IMG/VR virus record: IMGVR_UViG_3300029812_000136
Source: an uncultured virus (IMG/VR IMGVR_UViG_3300029812_000136)
Lineage: Duplodnaviria; Heunggongvirae; Uroviricota; Caudoviricetes
Direction: 5' to 3' (one strand)
Length of the DNA: 20,000 bases
Position numbers and translations under genes: made by a program. The notes beneath the pieces were generated by a model. The model was not told the DNA's origin, made no database searches, and saw only the letters and a program-made list of their open reading frames with translations. Below are positions 6,645 through 15,110 of the stretch, piece after piece. The stretch's first letter is position 1. Each line of letters begins with the position of its first letter.

Positions 6645-7600
6645 ACAAAATACTAAGACAATATTCAGGTTTGTTAGTTATCTTTCTTGTGGTCGGTCTT
6701 TATTTCTTAGCCAATGCATTCCACTATTCAGCAACAGAATCATCAATAACAGGATATGGTGAAATCATAACAAGGGAATACAATCAATTGATCTTTCTCA
6801 AAATATCTCTCGTTCAATTCATGGCTCAATTGCTCTATCTAGTCCTTGCATGTGCGGGAATTGCGTTTATAGCAGCTATGGGAGCAGGGCACAGATTTCG
6901 TCTATTCGGTCTCATAATCTTCACAACAATCATCTGCTTTGCATATCTTCAAATTACAGCATGGTTCATTCATGGTCGTTATCTCGATCCATTAATTCCG
7001 TTGATTTTGATAGCAGCGTTCTCATTCAATCCCAAAGACAAGAAGGAAGGACTACTTCTAGGTTTAGGTATTGCATTAATATCTCAGGTAGCGTTCTTCT
7101 CTTTCTGGATAGACACAATAAATTGCTTCTCAAACATATATCTAATGATACCAATTGATGTTCTGTTCCCAATACTTGTGATCTGTTTTTTCGCATCATT
7201 TCTGTTCCTTCTTCAAGTGAAGGACAAAAGAAAGATAACTACGGTTTTATTTATAGTTTTGTGTCTCACATTCACAGCAAGTAATATAGCAAATTTCCAA
7301 TACACCAAAACAACATCGGATAATGCATACGAATATTGTACTATAGGTCAGTACATAAATCACAATCAACTGACAAATGTAGTCTTTGATGAGGATATAT
7401 ATCAAAACAGATCATTTTGGGGATCTCATTGCTTGATCAACTATTACTACGGAAAATACGTTCCGATGGGAAATATCACTGAAGGAAAATATTTCATAAC
7501 CTCAAAAGATCTCTCATACCAAATCTTAGCATCAGATGCTCAATTCTGTGATCTCGAAGTCAACAGGACAGAATCATTGAAGTTGTATAAAACTATTTAA
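6641..7600 (+). CDS. Polytopic membrane protein, probable C-terminal half of a GT-C glycosyltransferase
   Basis: Multiple TMs, the HGRYLDPLIPL motif typical of the distal half of ArnT/PMT-like enzymes, and a C-terminal soluble domain. Confidence 0.6.
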   Translation: MNKILRQYSGLLVIFLVVGLYFLANAFHYSATESSITGYGEIITREYNQLIFLKISLVQFMAQLLYLVLACAGIAFIAAMGAGHRFRLFGLIIFTTIICFAYLQITAWFIHGRYLDPLIPLILIAAFSFNPKDKKEGLLLGLGIALISQVAFFSFWIDTINCFSNIYLMIPIDVLFPILVICFFASFLFLLQVKDKRKITTVLFIVLCLTFTASNIANFQYTKTTSDNAYEYCTIGQYINHNQLTNVVFDEDIYQNRSFWGSHCLINYYYGKYVPMGNITEGKYFITSKDLSYQILASDAQFCDLEVNRTESLKLYKTI

Positions 7601-7662
7601 TATAATAAAATATATTTTATTTAAAATGGTGCATAAAAAGAATAATAATGGAGGCATAAAAC

Positions 7663-7896
7663 ACGACAAAAGAATCTAAAAAGTGTTCTGTTGAGTGGCA
7701 GGAGTTCAGAAAAGGAATTTTGAAGATGCACCCATCACCAAACAAACTGCTTTATAAGGATATTGCTACAGGAAAAGTAGTTAAATACATATATCATCAT
7801 TCCTGGGCAAGGGAAGGATGGGAACGGAGTAAACTCGTAAAATCTGATCATGATATTATAAAAAAGGCGGACAAGATGTATTTGGGTAGTAAGTGA
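7663..7896 (+). CDS. Hypothetical 77-codon frame with ACG in place of a start codon (possible pseudogene)
   Basis: GGAGG (7650-7654) followed by ACG 7663 and an open frame (T)TKESKKCSVEWQEFRKG...YLGSK. Confidence 0.4.
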   Translation, partial: TTKESKKCSVEWQEFRKGILKMHPSPNKLLYKDIATGKVVKYIYHHSWAREGWERSKLVKSDHDIIKKADKMYLGSK

Positions 7897-7990
7897 AAAT
7901 ATGTTGAGAAAAAAGCGATTGTTGAATAATTACAAAAGAGCAGCAGAGAAAATCTAATAGTAATATTGTGAATTAAAAGGTGTATGAATA

Positions 7991-8305
7991 ATGAAATTCT
8001 TCAAAATACGAATAGGAAATAGACAAAATCTCCTCGAATACTTATCCTTAGCCAAAAAGCGAGGTATCAAATTCAGATGGAATCAAATCCATCAAAGATA
8101 CGAAGCACGAAAACGTATCTATGGCAACAAAAGTATTGATATCCGTATCAAAAATTATTCAGGGTATTGGCGATTACATATGCATGTGGATATAATAGTC
8201 TGTGATGTAGTCCAGCAAGTGCACAAAATCTGGAAGAACAAAACTGAGACCAACAAAATTGGTCAAAAATACCTTGAATTCAAAAATTTTAAGCATTATG
8301 AATAA
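7991..8305 (+). CDS. Hypothetical basic protein
   Basis: 104-aa ORF with upstream AGGTG SD; contains an LHMHVD motif. Confidence 0.55.
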   Translation: MKFFKIRIGNRQNLLEYLSLAKKRGIKFRWNQIHQRYEARKRIYGNKSIDIRIKNYSGYWRLHMHVDIIVCDVVQQVHKIWKNKTETNKIGQKYLEFKNFKHYE

Positions 8306-8407
8306 ATGTTGTGCATCCTGCAAATTGGTCTTGTCTATCACCTCTTTCTCGATAATAGACATCTATTCACCCAAGCAGAAAGATGTATAACTAAAGGACT
8401 TAAAAAG

Positions 8408-8602
8408 ATGAAGAAAATATATATTGATGAAGGAATCGCTAAGGAAGAGGCTAAAAGTAGAATCTCGGAATGCCTATCTAAAATTGACGAGAAGATATAT
8501 CCTAGTGAAATAGCCGAAAAGCTTCATATTGATTATGATCTATGCGTAGAGATCACAGAAGAACTTTTGGCTGAAGGTAAAATAGAGATTGTAGAGGAGT
8601 GA
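8408..8602 (+). CDS. Small winged-HTH protein
   Basis: IYPSEIAEKLHIDYDLCVEITEELLAEGKI; likely start ATG 8408 within ORF 8306-8602. Confidence 0.65.
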   Translation: MKKIYIDEGIAKEEAKSRISECLSKIDEKIYPSEIAEKLHIDYDLCVEITEELLAEGKIEIVEE

Positions 8603-8615
8603 AAAGAAAACAAAA

Positions 8616-8774
8616 ATGAAATTTGTATGTCATAAATGTGATGAATTAGTAGATAGTGATGATGCAATTGTAATGTTTGCTCATGCAATCGGGGGATTTG
8701 TTGGAACAAGTATTTATGTATATTGTTCAAAGTGTTATGAAGAGATGAAAAGTAAAGGATTGAGCAAAAAATGA
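8616..8774 (+). CDS. Small zinc-finger protein (52 aa; not in ORF track)
   Basis: Manual translation MKFVCHKCDELV...YCSKCYEEMKSKGLSKK; ATGA overlap with the next gene. Confidence 0.6.
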   Translation: MKFVCHKCDELVDSDDAIVMFAHAIGGFVGTSIYVYCSKCYEEMKSKGLSKK

Positions 8775-9043
8775 AATTCAAATACCCAAATGGAAAAGTA
8801 GTAGAAGCAACAAGTATAGATTTTAGTACGAATAAAGAAGAATGGAATGAGTATAGTCTTGAAGATGGGTCTGTCCTAAAATTTAAGTCAATTATATCCA
8901 GCATAATCAGGACTGACGAATTTGATCCAACAACAGGCGATCCTATCTATCATGTAAGATCAACAAATATAGTATCCATAATCGTCCCAGAAGAAATCAA
9001 AAAACAAGCTGAGAAGAGGGTAGAGGGTATGGAAGTTGGGTGA
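8771..9043 (+). CDS. Conserved hypothetical beta-rich protein
   Basis: EEWNEYSLEDGS...DPTTGDPIY pattern resembles a small family of unknown function seen in archaea. Confidence 0.65.
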   Translation: MKFKYPNGKVVEATSIDFSTNKEEWNEYSLEDGSVLKFKSIISSIIRTDEFDPTTGDPIYHVRSTNIVSIIVPEEIKKQAEKRVEGMEVG

Positions 9044-9079
9044 ATGATTTTTTATAAATATAAATATTAAGGAATTTCT

Positions 9080-9235
9080 ATGGTTGATTTGAGAGATGTA
9101 TCCTTTATAGTCCCAACCAATCGTGAAAGTATTCACACAGTTAAATCAATTCCACCAGAATGTGAAATTATCATCCCAAAGTCTTCACCACTCGGTAGAG
9201 CCAGAAATGATGGGATCAAACAAGTCATAAAATAA
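9080..9235 (+). pseudogene. Truncated GT2 glycosyltransferase N-terminus
   Basis: MVDLRDVSFIVPTN...LGRARNDGIKQ then stop just before the expected DxD motif. Confidence 0.65.
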
Positions 9236-9268
9236 TTCGTAGTGTGATGTGAAGAGATAGTTTAAACA

Positions 9269-9276
9269 TTTATATA
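9269..9276 (+). promoter_or_regulatory. Archaeal TATA box
   Basis: AAACA-TTTATATA-CT, same context as the box at 19191. Confidence 0.45.
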
Positions 9277-9443
9277 CTGTAAATATATATATTACATAAG
9301 GGGAATGAGAGGAAAAGTGACAAAACAAAACAATATAAAGTAGTTTTGAGTATCTTACGATAGAATTTTGTTTGATGGAATATCTCAAAATATTTCCTCT
9401 CGTTCTTCCAGTATGTTTTTATGGTGTAAAAATAATTCTTATT

Positions 9444-10316
9444 ATGACAAACAATAATGACGTGAATGTAGATGTAGTAGTTTGCACGTACAAAATGAGG
9501 AAAGATGATGCTGTAAGTTGTGTTATCTCTTTAAAGGAACAGAGATTTCAACCAAAAAAAATTGTTTTGGTTGTTGATAGTGAAACTGAAAAAAATTTCT
9601 ATTCTTCTATTCCTGAATTAAGGAATTCATTAATCAATGTTATAGCATCGAAAAGAAGTGGATTATCTGCTGCAAGGAATTGTGGAATTAGAAATTGTAA
9701 TTGTGATATAGTAACATTTATAGATGATGATGCTGTTGCAGACAAAAACTGGTTATATGAGATAGTAGAGACATTCAAAGATAAAAATATAGTTGTTGTT
9801 GGGGGTCAAGTAAAACCAATTTTTAGTGGAAAAAGAATTAAAGAGTCATTCAATTGGTTAGTAGGTTGTACGGATAAGATGAATACAAGACCTATTGGAT
9901 GCAATATGGCAATAAGAAAAGAGATTCTTGAAGAAGTTGGAGTATTTAATGAAAACTTAGGAAGAGTAAAAAATAGGTTACTTATAGGGGAAGAAACTGA
10001 TTTGTTTTTAAGAATAAAAAAATACAAACCTAAAGCAAAGGTGATTTTTAATCCCAGAGCAGTTGTGTATCACAATATATCAAAAGATAGAACAAAAATA
10101 AAATTCATATTGAAAAGGTCTTTTTATGAGGGATTTGGAAAATTTATGATTGGAAAAAAGTATGGCTTGGATACTGAAAAGTCATATTTAAAATCATATT
10201 TGAAGAAATTAGATTTGTTTACTTTAATAGTATTGTTAGCAGTTGCATGTGGATATATGAAAGGATTTATTACAACTAAGATGAAGTATAGCAGTGATTT
10301 GGAGGAGTACTTATAG
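9444..10316 (+). CDS. GT2 (GT-A) glycosyltransferase, AglG-like
   Basis: VVVCTY, GLSAARN, FIDDDA, GCNMAIRK and GEETDL motifs plus a C-terminal TM; start probably ATG 9444 rather than 9372. Confidence 0.9.
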   Translation: MTNNNDVNVDVVVCTYKMRKDDAVSCVISLKEQRFQPKKIVLVVDSETEKNFYSSIPELRNSLINVIASKRSGLSAARNCGIRNCNCDIVTFIDDDAVADKNWLYEIVETFKDKNIVVVGGQVKPIFSGKRIKESFNWLVGCTDKMNTRPIGCNMAIRKEILEEVGVFNENLGRVKNRLLIGEETDLFLRIKKYKPKAKVIFNPRAVVYHNISKDRTKIKFILKRSFYEGFGKFMIGKKYGLDTEKSYLKSYLKKLDLFTLIVLLAVACGYMKGFITTKMKYSSDLEEYL

Positions 10317-10446
10317 ATATATTATATACAGTTGTACTGAACCATACAATTTAAATATTTATATAATATACTTTGTGTTTAATATTTATAGAAAGTGTCT
10401 TTTTCAGATATTCACATATTTAAATGAACATTCACAAAAACAAAAA

Positions 10447-10761
10447 ATGACAAAATCAAACATAAAGAACGTCTGTATCTCTCTAATTTCACTCATCTCT
10501 TTAGTAACATTCTCAATCCTATTCTGTCCAATCTGTCTAGTCAGTATGTTTCTATTAGGTACTGTGTACTTTGTACCAGTATCTATCATTGTGTCTTTCA
10601 TCAACATAGACATAATAATAGGTATCCTAATCCTCTCAAGTACAATTACAATAAATCGAGTTATAAAGGATAAATATGGTGAATTTAGAGGACAACTTAC
10701 AATTATTACATTTTTAGTGTATTTAGTTGTAATATTAATGTACAAAATATTGTTAGTATAG
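10447..10761 (+). CDS. Small polytopic membrane protein
   Basis: Three to four hydrophobic segments with CPIC; likely start ATG 10447 (upstream part of ORF 10294 is AT-rich intergenic). Confidence 0.55.
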   Translation: MTKSNIKNVCISLISLISLVTFSILFCPICLVSMFLLGTVYFVPVSIIVSFINIDIIIGILILSSTITINRVIKDKYGEFRGQLTIITFLVYLVVILMYKILLV

Positions 10762-10775
10762 GAGATGAAATAAAA

Positions 10776-11222
10776 ATGGAATTAGATAAAGAATATTTGG
10801 AAATAGTAAAACAAATAGAAGATTTAGATAAGGAAAGATCAGAGAGTGAAATAATTGAATTAGATAAACAAATCAGGATATTACAAGAGAAGAGAATAGT
10901 AATATCAGATAAATATGTCAGGAGACTAAATCCTTTAGTACAAAGAAGAGAAGAAATCTTAAATGATTTCAGAAAGATGTATGATGGAAACAAGAAGAGA
11001 CAATATGGTGTATTAAATCTTTCATACAGAATAACAAAGAGTCTAAAGATACTTGATCCAACTAAAGTAGTAGAAGCTCTCCAAAAAATAGACAAAGTAT
11101 CCAATGGGATAAATTCATTCAATCTAACATTCCTAAGAAAGTTACGAGACACAGAAATATTGAAGGATGATTCAGTACAGTATGAAGAGAAGGTGAACAT
11201 CAGAGTTGAGGAAAATAGATAA
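10776..11222 (+). CDS. Coiled-coil protein, possibly Mu Gam-like DNA end-binding protein
   Basis: Long N-terminal coiled coil followed by KKRQYGVLNLSYR..KSLKILDP.KVVEAL, the layout of Gam/Gp157-like phage proteins. Confidence 0.5.
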   Translation: MELDKEYLEIVKQIEDLDKERSESEIIELDKQIRILQEKRIVISDKYVRRLNPLVQRREEILNDFRKMYDGNKKRQYGVLNLSYRITKSLKILDPTKVVEALQKIDKVSNGINSFNLTFLRKLRDTEILKDDSVQYEEKVNIRVEENR

Positions 11223-12810
11223 TTTAAATGATTATATATTATTAACAGCAATCTTTCTTTTCCATTCAGTCCTGAATATATGGTATATTCACAAAGATAC
11301 TCTCCCACCAAGTTGGGATCCTGCTACTCACGCTCTCTACTCATCTGCGTATTTCCATGGGTTCTTTCCTCAATCACAATTTTATCCACCATTTGTTCAT
11401 TATGTACCAATTCCATTCTACATTCTATTCGGTGAGTCGTTTGATATTGCATGCATTTCAAATATAGTATTTCTTGCCATTCTTCTCTTCTCTGTCTATG
11501 GAATTGGCAAATATCTTTTCAATCGTGAGGTGGGTTTATTTTCATCTCTGATAATTTCTTTCATTCCAATTCTTATCGTCTATCAACGTGATTTCCTCTT
11601 AGACTTTCCTCTAACAGCAATGATTGCTCTATCAATCTACGTCCTTCTCAAATCTGAAAATCTAACAAATATAAAATATTCAATCTTATTCGGGATTTGT
11701 TTCGGTCTTGCAATGTTGACTAAGTGGGCAGCGATTTTCTTCGTAATATCTCCTCTCCTTTGGGTATTCTATCAATCAATAAAGGAAGATAGAATAAAGA
11801 AGTGTGCTTTCTGTGGTAGAATACTAAAAAACAAAACTAAAATAATTCTCAAGGGATTCAGTACTTTCTGTTCTGAAAGACACAAGAAAAGTTTTATAGA
11901 AGAAAATAGAAGAGTATTGACAAGACAACACAATCTTCTTTTCTCCTTAATTTCTTTCATTATAGTAGCAGGATCATGGTATATTCCCAACTATAAAGTC
12001 TTTTTCACTCTTCTGTCTGGTCAGAAGTACTGGGGTTCTGTTGAAGGAGATCCAGTTGGTTTGTCTCTAAGTTCTTTATGGTATTATATTGAAGCTGTTA
12101 ATAAACAAGCATTCCTCTTTCTATCTATTCTCTTTCTCGTCGGATTAATATATCTAATCATAAAGGTAGGTTTGAACAAGAAGATACTATTCACAATATC
12201 AATTCTATTTCCATACATCTCTTTTGTTCTAATTTCAAACAAAGATGTTAGATACACACTTCCATTATTGATCTTTCTTTCAATTGCTTTAGCGTATTCA
12301 TTAATAAACATTGAAAACAAAAAGATAAAATCAATAGCAATATCTATATTGATTGTATTCTGTCTACTCCAAACATCAACAATTACATTTGGGTATCCTT
12401 CATTCGATGTTCCTAATTCCATCTATCCAACACCAAAATCACCTATACAAGAGGATTGGAAGATTGATGAAGTACTGTCTACAATTCAATCACAAGGTAT
12501 AAGACAACCAAATGTTTTAATATTGTATGATTCTTCATATATGAATTGGCGAACGCTACAATATTATGTATTCATAAATCAATATCCAATCAACATCCAA
12601 AACTATGAATTCATAAATGCATATCCACAACAACTAGAGAATTTTGATTTTGTCCTTTATGTTGATGAAGAAAGGAGTACAGCAACACAACAAAAAATAA
12701 TGATTGATAATGCAAATATGTTATTTGAAGCAAATATAAATAATTACATAATGATCAATTCAATAAATTTATCAAACAAAAAGCAAATGGAGGTATATCA
12801 AAGGAAATGA
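11206..12810 (+). CDS. GT-C (ArnT/PMT family) glycosyltransferase with an inserted Zn-finger
   Basis: PPSWDPATH, FYPPF, LAMLTKW, WY.PN and NKDVRYTLP motifs; many TM helices; CAFC...FCSERH insert. Confidence 0.85.
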   Translation: MRKIDNLNDYILLTAIFLFHSVLNIWYIHKDTLPPSWDPATHALYSSAYFHGFFPQSQFYPPFVHYVPIPFYILFGESFDIACISNIVFLAILLFSVYGIGKYLFNREVGLFSSLIISFIPILIVYQRDFLLDFPLTAMIALSIYVLLKSENLTNIKYSILFGICFGLAMLTKWAAIFFVISPLLWVFYQSIKEDRIKKCAFCGRILKNKTKIILKGFSTFCSERHKKSFIEENRRVLTRQHNLLFSLISFIIVAGSWYIPNYKVFFTLLSGQKYWGSVEGDPVGLSLSSLWYYIEAVNKQAFLFLSILFLVGLIYLIIKVGLNKKILFTISILFPYISFVLISNKDVRYTLPLLIFLSIALAYSLINIENKKIKSIAISILIVFCLLQTSTITFGYPSFDVPNSIYPTPKSPIQEDWKIDEVLSTIQSQGIRQPNVLILYDSSYMNWRTLQYYVFINQYPINIQNYEFINAYPQQLENFDFVLYVDEERSTATQQKIMIDNANMLFEANINNYIMINSINLSNKKQMEVYQRK

Positions 12811-12949
12811 TTAATAAAGAAAAAATACTAAGTGATATGTATGTATCAGTATGTGAAATGAATATAGCATATTTAGATGGAGATATGAGTAGAGTAGAGT
12901 TTGAAAGGAATAGACAAAAGGAACTAAGGAAATTATTTGAAATGGTATA

Positions 12950-13183
12950 ATGGTAGTCATAAAAAAAGTAAATGAATTAGTTATATATTTGTGGAACGGA
13001 AATACATTTAAATTCAATAATGTATTTATCAAGAGAGCGAACAATTCAATCGAGATATCCTACAAAAAGGATTTTTGTTTCTTTCATTACTTCAATAAAA
13101 ATGAAGTAAAGGAAACAGCAGTAAAGGATATTTTGGAAATAATACACAAAGACTGTAGTTTTTGTGAGGTGAAAGAAATATGA
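12950..13183 (+). CDS. Hypothetical protein
   Basis: 77-aa ORF, ATGA-coupled to the next gene. Confidence 0.45.
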   Translation: MVVIKKVNELVIYLWNGNTFKFNNVFIKRANNSIEISYKKDFCFFHYFNKNEVKETAVKDILEIIHKDCSFCEVKEI

Positions 13184-13428
13184 TTTGTGTTAATTGTGGA
13201 AAAGACGCAACAAAAGGTAGTATGAAACATCCATATTGTGAGAAGTGTTGGGATATGTTGTGGAAAGGAAAAGAAGATCAATACTATGATTGGCTTCCTT
13301 ATCACAATACAATAGTTGGTGGATTGTGGTATAAGAGAGATATTTTAAGAGAAAAGTTGTCTTTCATAGAAAGACTTTATATGAGATTTGAGTCCTTATC
13401 AGAAAGGAGGTCACAAAATAATGGATAA
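13180..13428 (+). CDS. Small zinc-finger protein
   Basis: CVNC and CEKC motifs; GAGGTGA SD upstream. Confidence 0.65.
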   Translation: MICVNCGKDATKGSMKHPYCEKCWDMLWKGKEDQYYDWLPYHNTIVGGLWYKRDILREKLSFIERLYMRFESLSERRSQNNG

Positions 13429-13750
13429 TGAGAAGATTTTTAAGGAATATTGGAGAAATCAAATATTGTTAGAAAGAATACTAAATAAGTATTGTATAGG
13501 GAAATGTTGGCTTTGTTCTTCTTGTTTCCGTGTTGAAGATGGTGTATATAATGCACAATATATATTATCAGTTTGCAAGAGAGAGTATATAAGGAATGTT
13601 GTTGGTAAATTGGAAGATATAACTAAAAATTATGGAATTCAATCACATTGTCTTGGTGATGATTTGCAAAACAAATGGTATAGTGAAGTAGTAGAGGAAA
13701 CAAGAGAGAAATCATTTTTTCATGTGATAAAAGATAGGTTTTTCAAATGA
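13421..13750 (+). CDS. Hypothetical Cys-rich protein
   Basis: AGGAGGT SD before ATG 13421; CIGKCWLCSSC cluster. Confidence 0.6.
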   Translation: MDNEKIFKEYWRNQILLERILNKYCIGKCWLCSSCFRVEDGVYNAQYILSVCKREYIRNVVGKLEDITKNYGIQSHCLGDDLQNKWYSEVVEETREKSFFHVIKDRFFK

Positions 13751-14862
13751 AAGTTGGCATATTTCATTGGAGTTTTGATGAACTTGGTGGAGGAGAGGTT
13801 TTATCTTCGTATCTTGCAAAGGCGTTAGATACAAGTGTTTTTTCTATTATCAAGGATCCAGAAAAAAATAAGTTAGGTTTCATAGATGTGTCACCAAAAC
13901 TTCCTTTGATAACAAGATATATAAGAAAAATCAGGAGTCTTGATTATTTGTGTTGGAGTAATGTAGATATAAACGATTTTGGTGATTTTGATGTTGTCAT
14001 AACAAGTGGTCTGACAGCGAGAGCAATAATTACACCAGATTCTGTACCACATATACATTATAATCATTCACCAGCGAGATGGTTATATGATTTGTGGCAT
14101 TATAGAAGAAAAAGTAAAGGATGGCTAAAACAGAACTTTATTCTTCCTTTAGCTGGTGATTTTTTCAGAATGTATGATCAATCTGTTGATAATAGAGTGG
14201 ATTATTACTTCAGTAATTCTGAAATAACACAAAGAAGATTATGGAAATATCTGAAACGAGAATCTATAATTCTCTATCCGCCAGTAGAGACAAAGAAATA
14301 TAAAAATTCTGAGTCTGAAGATTATTATCTTTTTATTGGAAGATTGTGGGAAGAAAAAAGACCAGAAGTTGCAATTGCAGCTTGTTTACAATTAAATAAA
14401 AAGTTAGTCATAATTGGTGATGAAAATAAAAAATTGATACACAAATACAAAGATAATTCTCTAATAGATTTCAGAGGTAATGTAACAGAACAAGAAAAGA
14501 TAGATCTATTGTCTTCATGTAAGTGTGTTTTATATCCAGCAAAAGCAGAGGATTACGGAATCGTTCCTTTTGAATCTTTCGCATCAGGAAAGCCAGTGAT
14601 ATGTTCAAATGATGGATTTCCACCTCTTGTTGTAGGACAAAATAATGGGATTGTTTCTGATGGAAGTATTTCAGGTATAAAGAAAGCCATACAAGAGATC
14701 GAAGTGTTGAATTATGATCCAGACAAACTAAGAAAATTTGCGAGTAAATATGACTTTTCTATATTTAAGAAAAAACTAATGTACTATATGAATATATTTC
14801 AAGAAGATTTTGAGCAAAGGAAGGAGTTTGTAAAAAGTGTTAAGTCAACCACTCCTCCCTAA
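13747..14862 (+). CDS. GT4 (GT-B) glycosyltransferase; last residues supplied by the IS end
   Basis: GGGE, IGRL..EK and EDYGIVPFESFASGKPVI motifs. Confidence 0.9.
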   Translation: MKVGIFHWSFDELGGGEVLSSYLAKALDTSVFSIIKDPEKNKLGFIDVSPKLPLITRYIRKIRSLDYLCWSNVDINDFGDFDVVITSGLTARAIITPDSVPHIHYNHSPARWLYDLWHYRRKSKGWLKQNFILPLAGDFFRMYDQSVDNRVDYYFSNSEITQRRLWKYLKRESIILYPPVETKKYKNSESEDYYLFIGRLWEEKRPEVAIAACLQLNKKLVIIGDENKKLIHKYKDNSLIDFRGNVTEQEKIDLLSSCKCVLYPAKAEDYGIVPFESFASGKPVICSNDGFPPLVVGQNNGIVSDGSISGIKKAIQEIEVLNYDPDKLRKFASKYDFSIFKKKLMYYMNIFQEDFEQRKEFVKSVKSTTPP

Positions 14863-15110
14863 ATCCTAACAGGTTTGAGGAAGGGACTTGTAGATACAAG
14901 CTCTGGGTTGATTAGGAGGCATATATGCAAAACATAGAAGCAGAAGTTAGGAACGTGAAATACATACACACCTTGGAGTGCTCCACAAGCTCCAAGCTCT
15001 GTGACTCTGCGATTAAACATGACTGTGGGGTAGGTCAAGTGTTACAGAGTCCAAAAACCATTCCTAACAACTCCGATGTGGACCAACACTCTGGCAAGAG
15101 TGAACAGGAC
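14844..15110 (+). ncRNA. omega-RNA (HEARO-like) scaffold; predicted 5' guide in the flank at about 14824-14843
   Basis: GTCAACC pairs with GGTTGAT (14906-14912); CTTGGAG/CTCCAAG stem; conserved-looking ACACACC, GCTCTG, ATTAAACA and TAACA elements directly upstream of iscB. Confidence 0.8.

Noticed and set aside
5640..6661. Complementarity TTAGTAT/ATACTAA between the ends of the two GT-C halves as a possible long intron
   Set aside because: No BHB geometry, an AT-rich match likely by chance, and both halves have their own start and stop.
12880..12950. GAGTA-GAGTA-GAGTT pentamer run as a possible repeat RNA for the RAMP protein
   Set aside because: Only three units, far from the RAMP gene, and readable as a short SD-led ORF (MSRVEFERNRQKELRKLFEMV).
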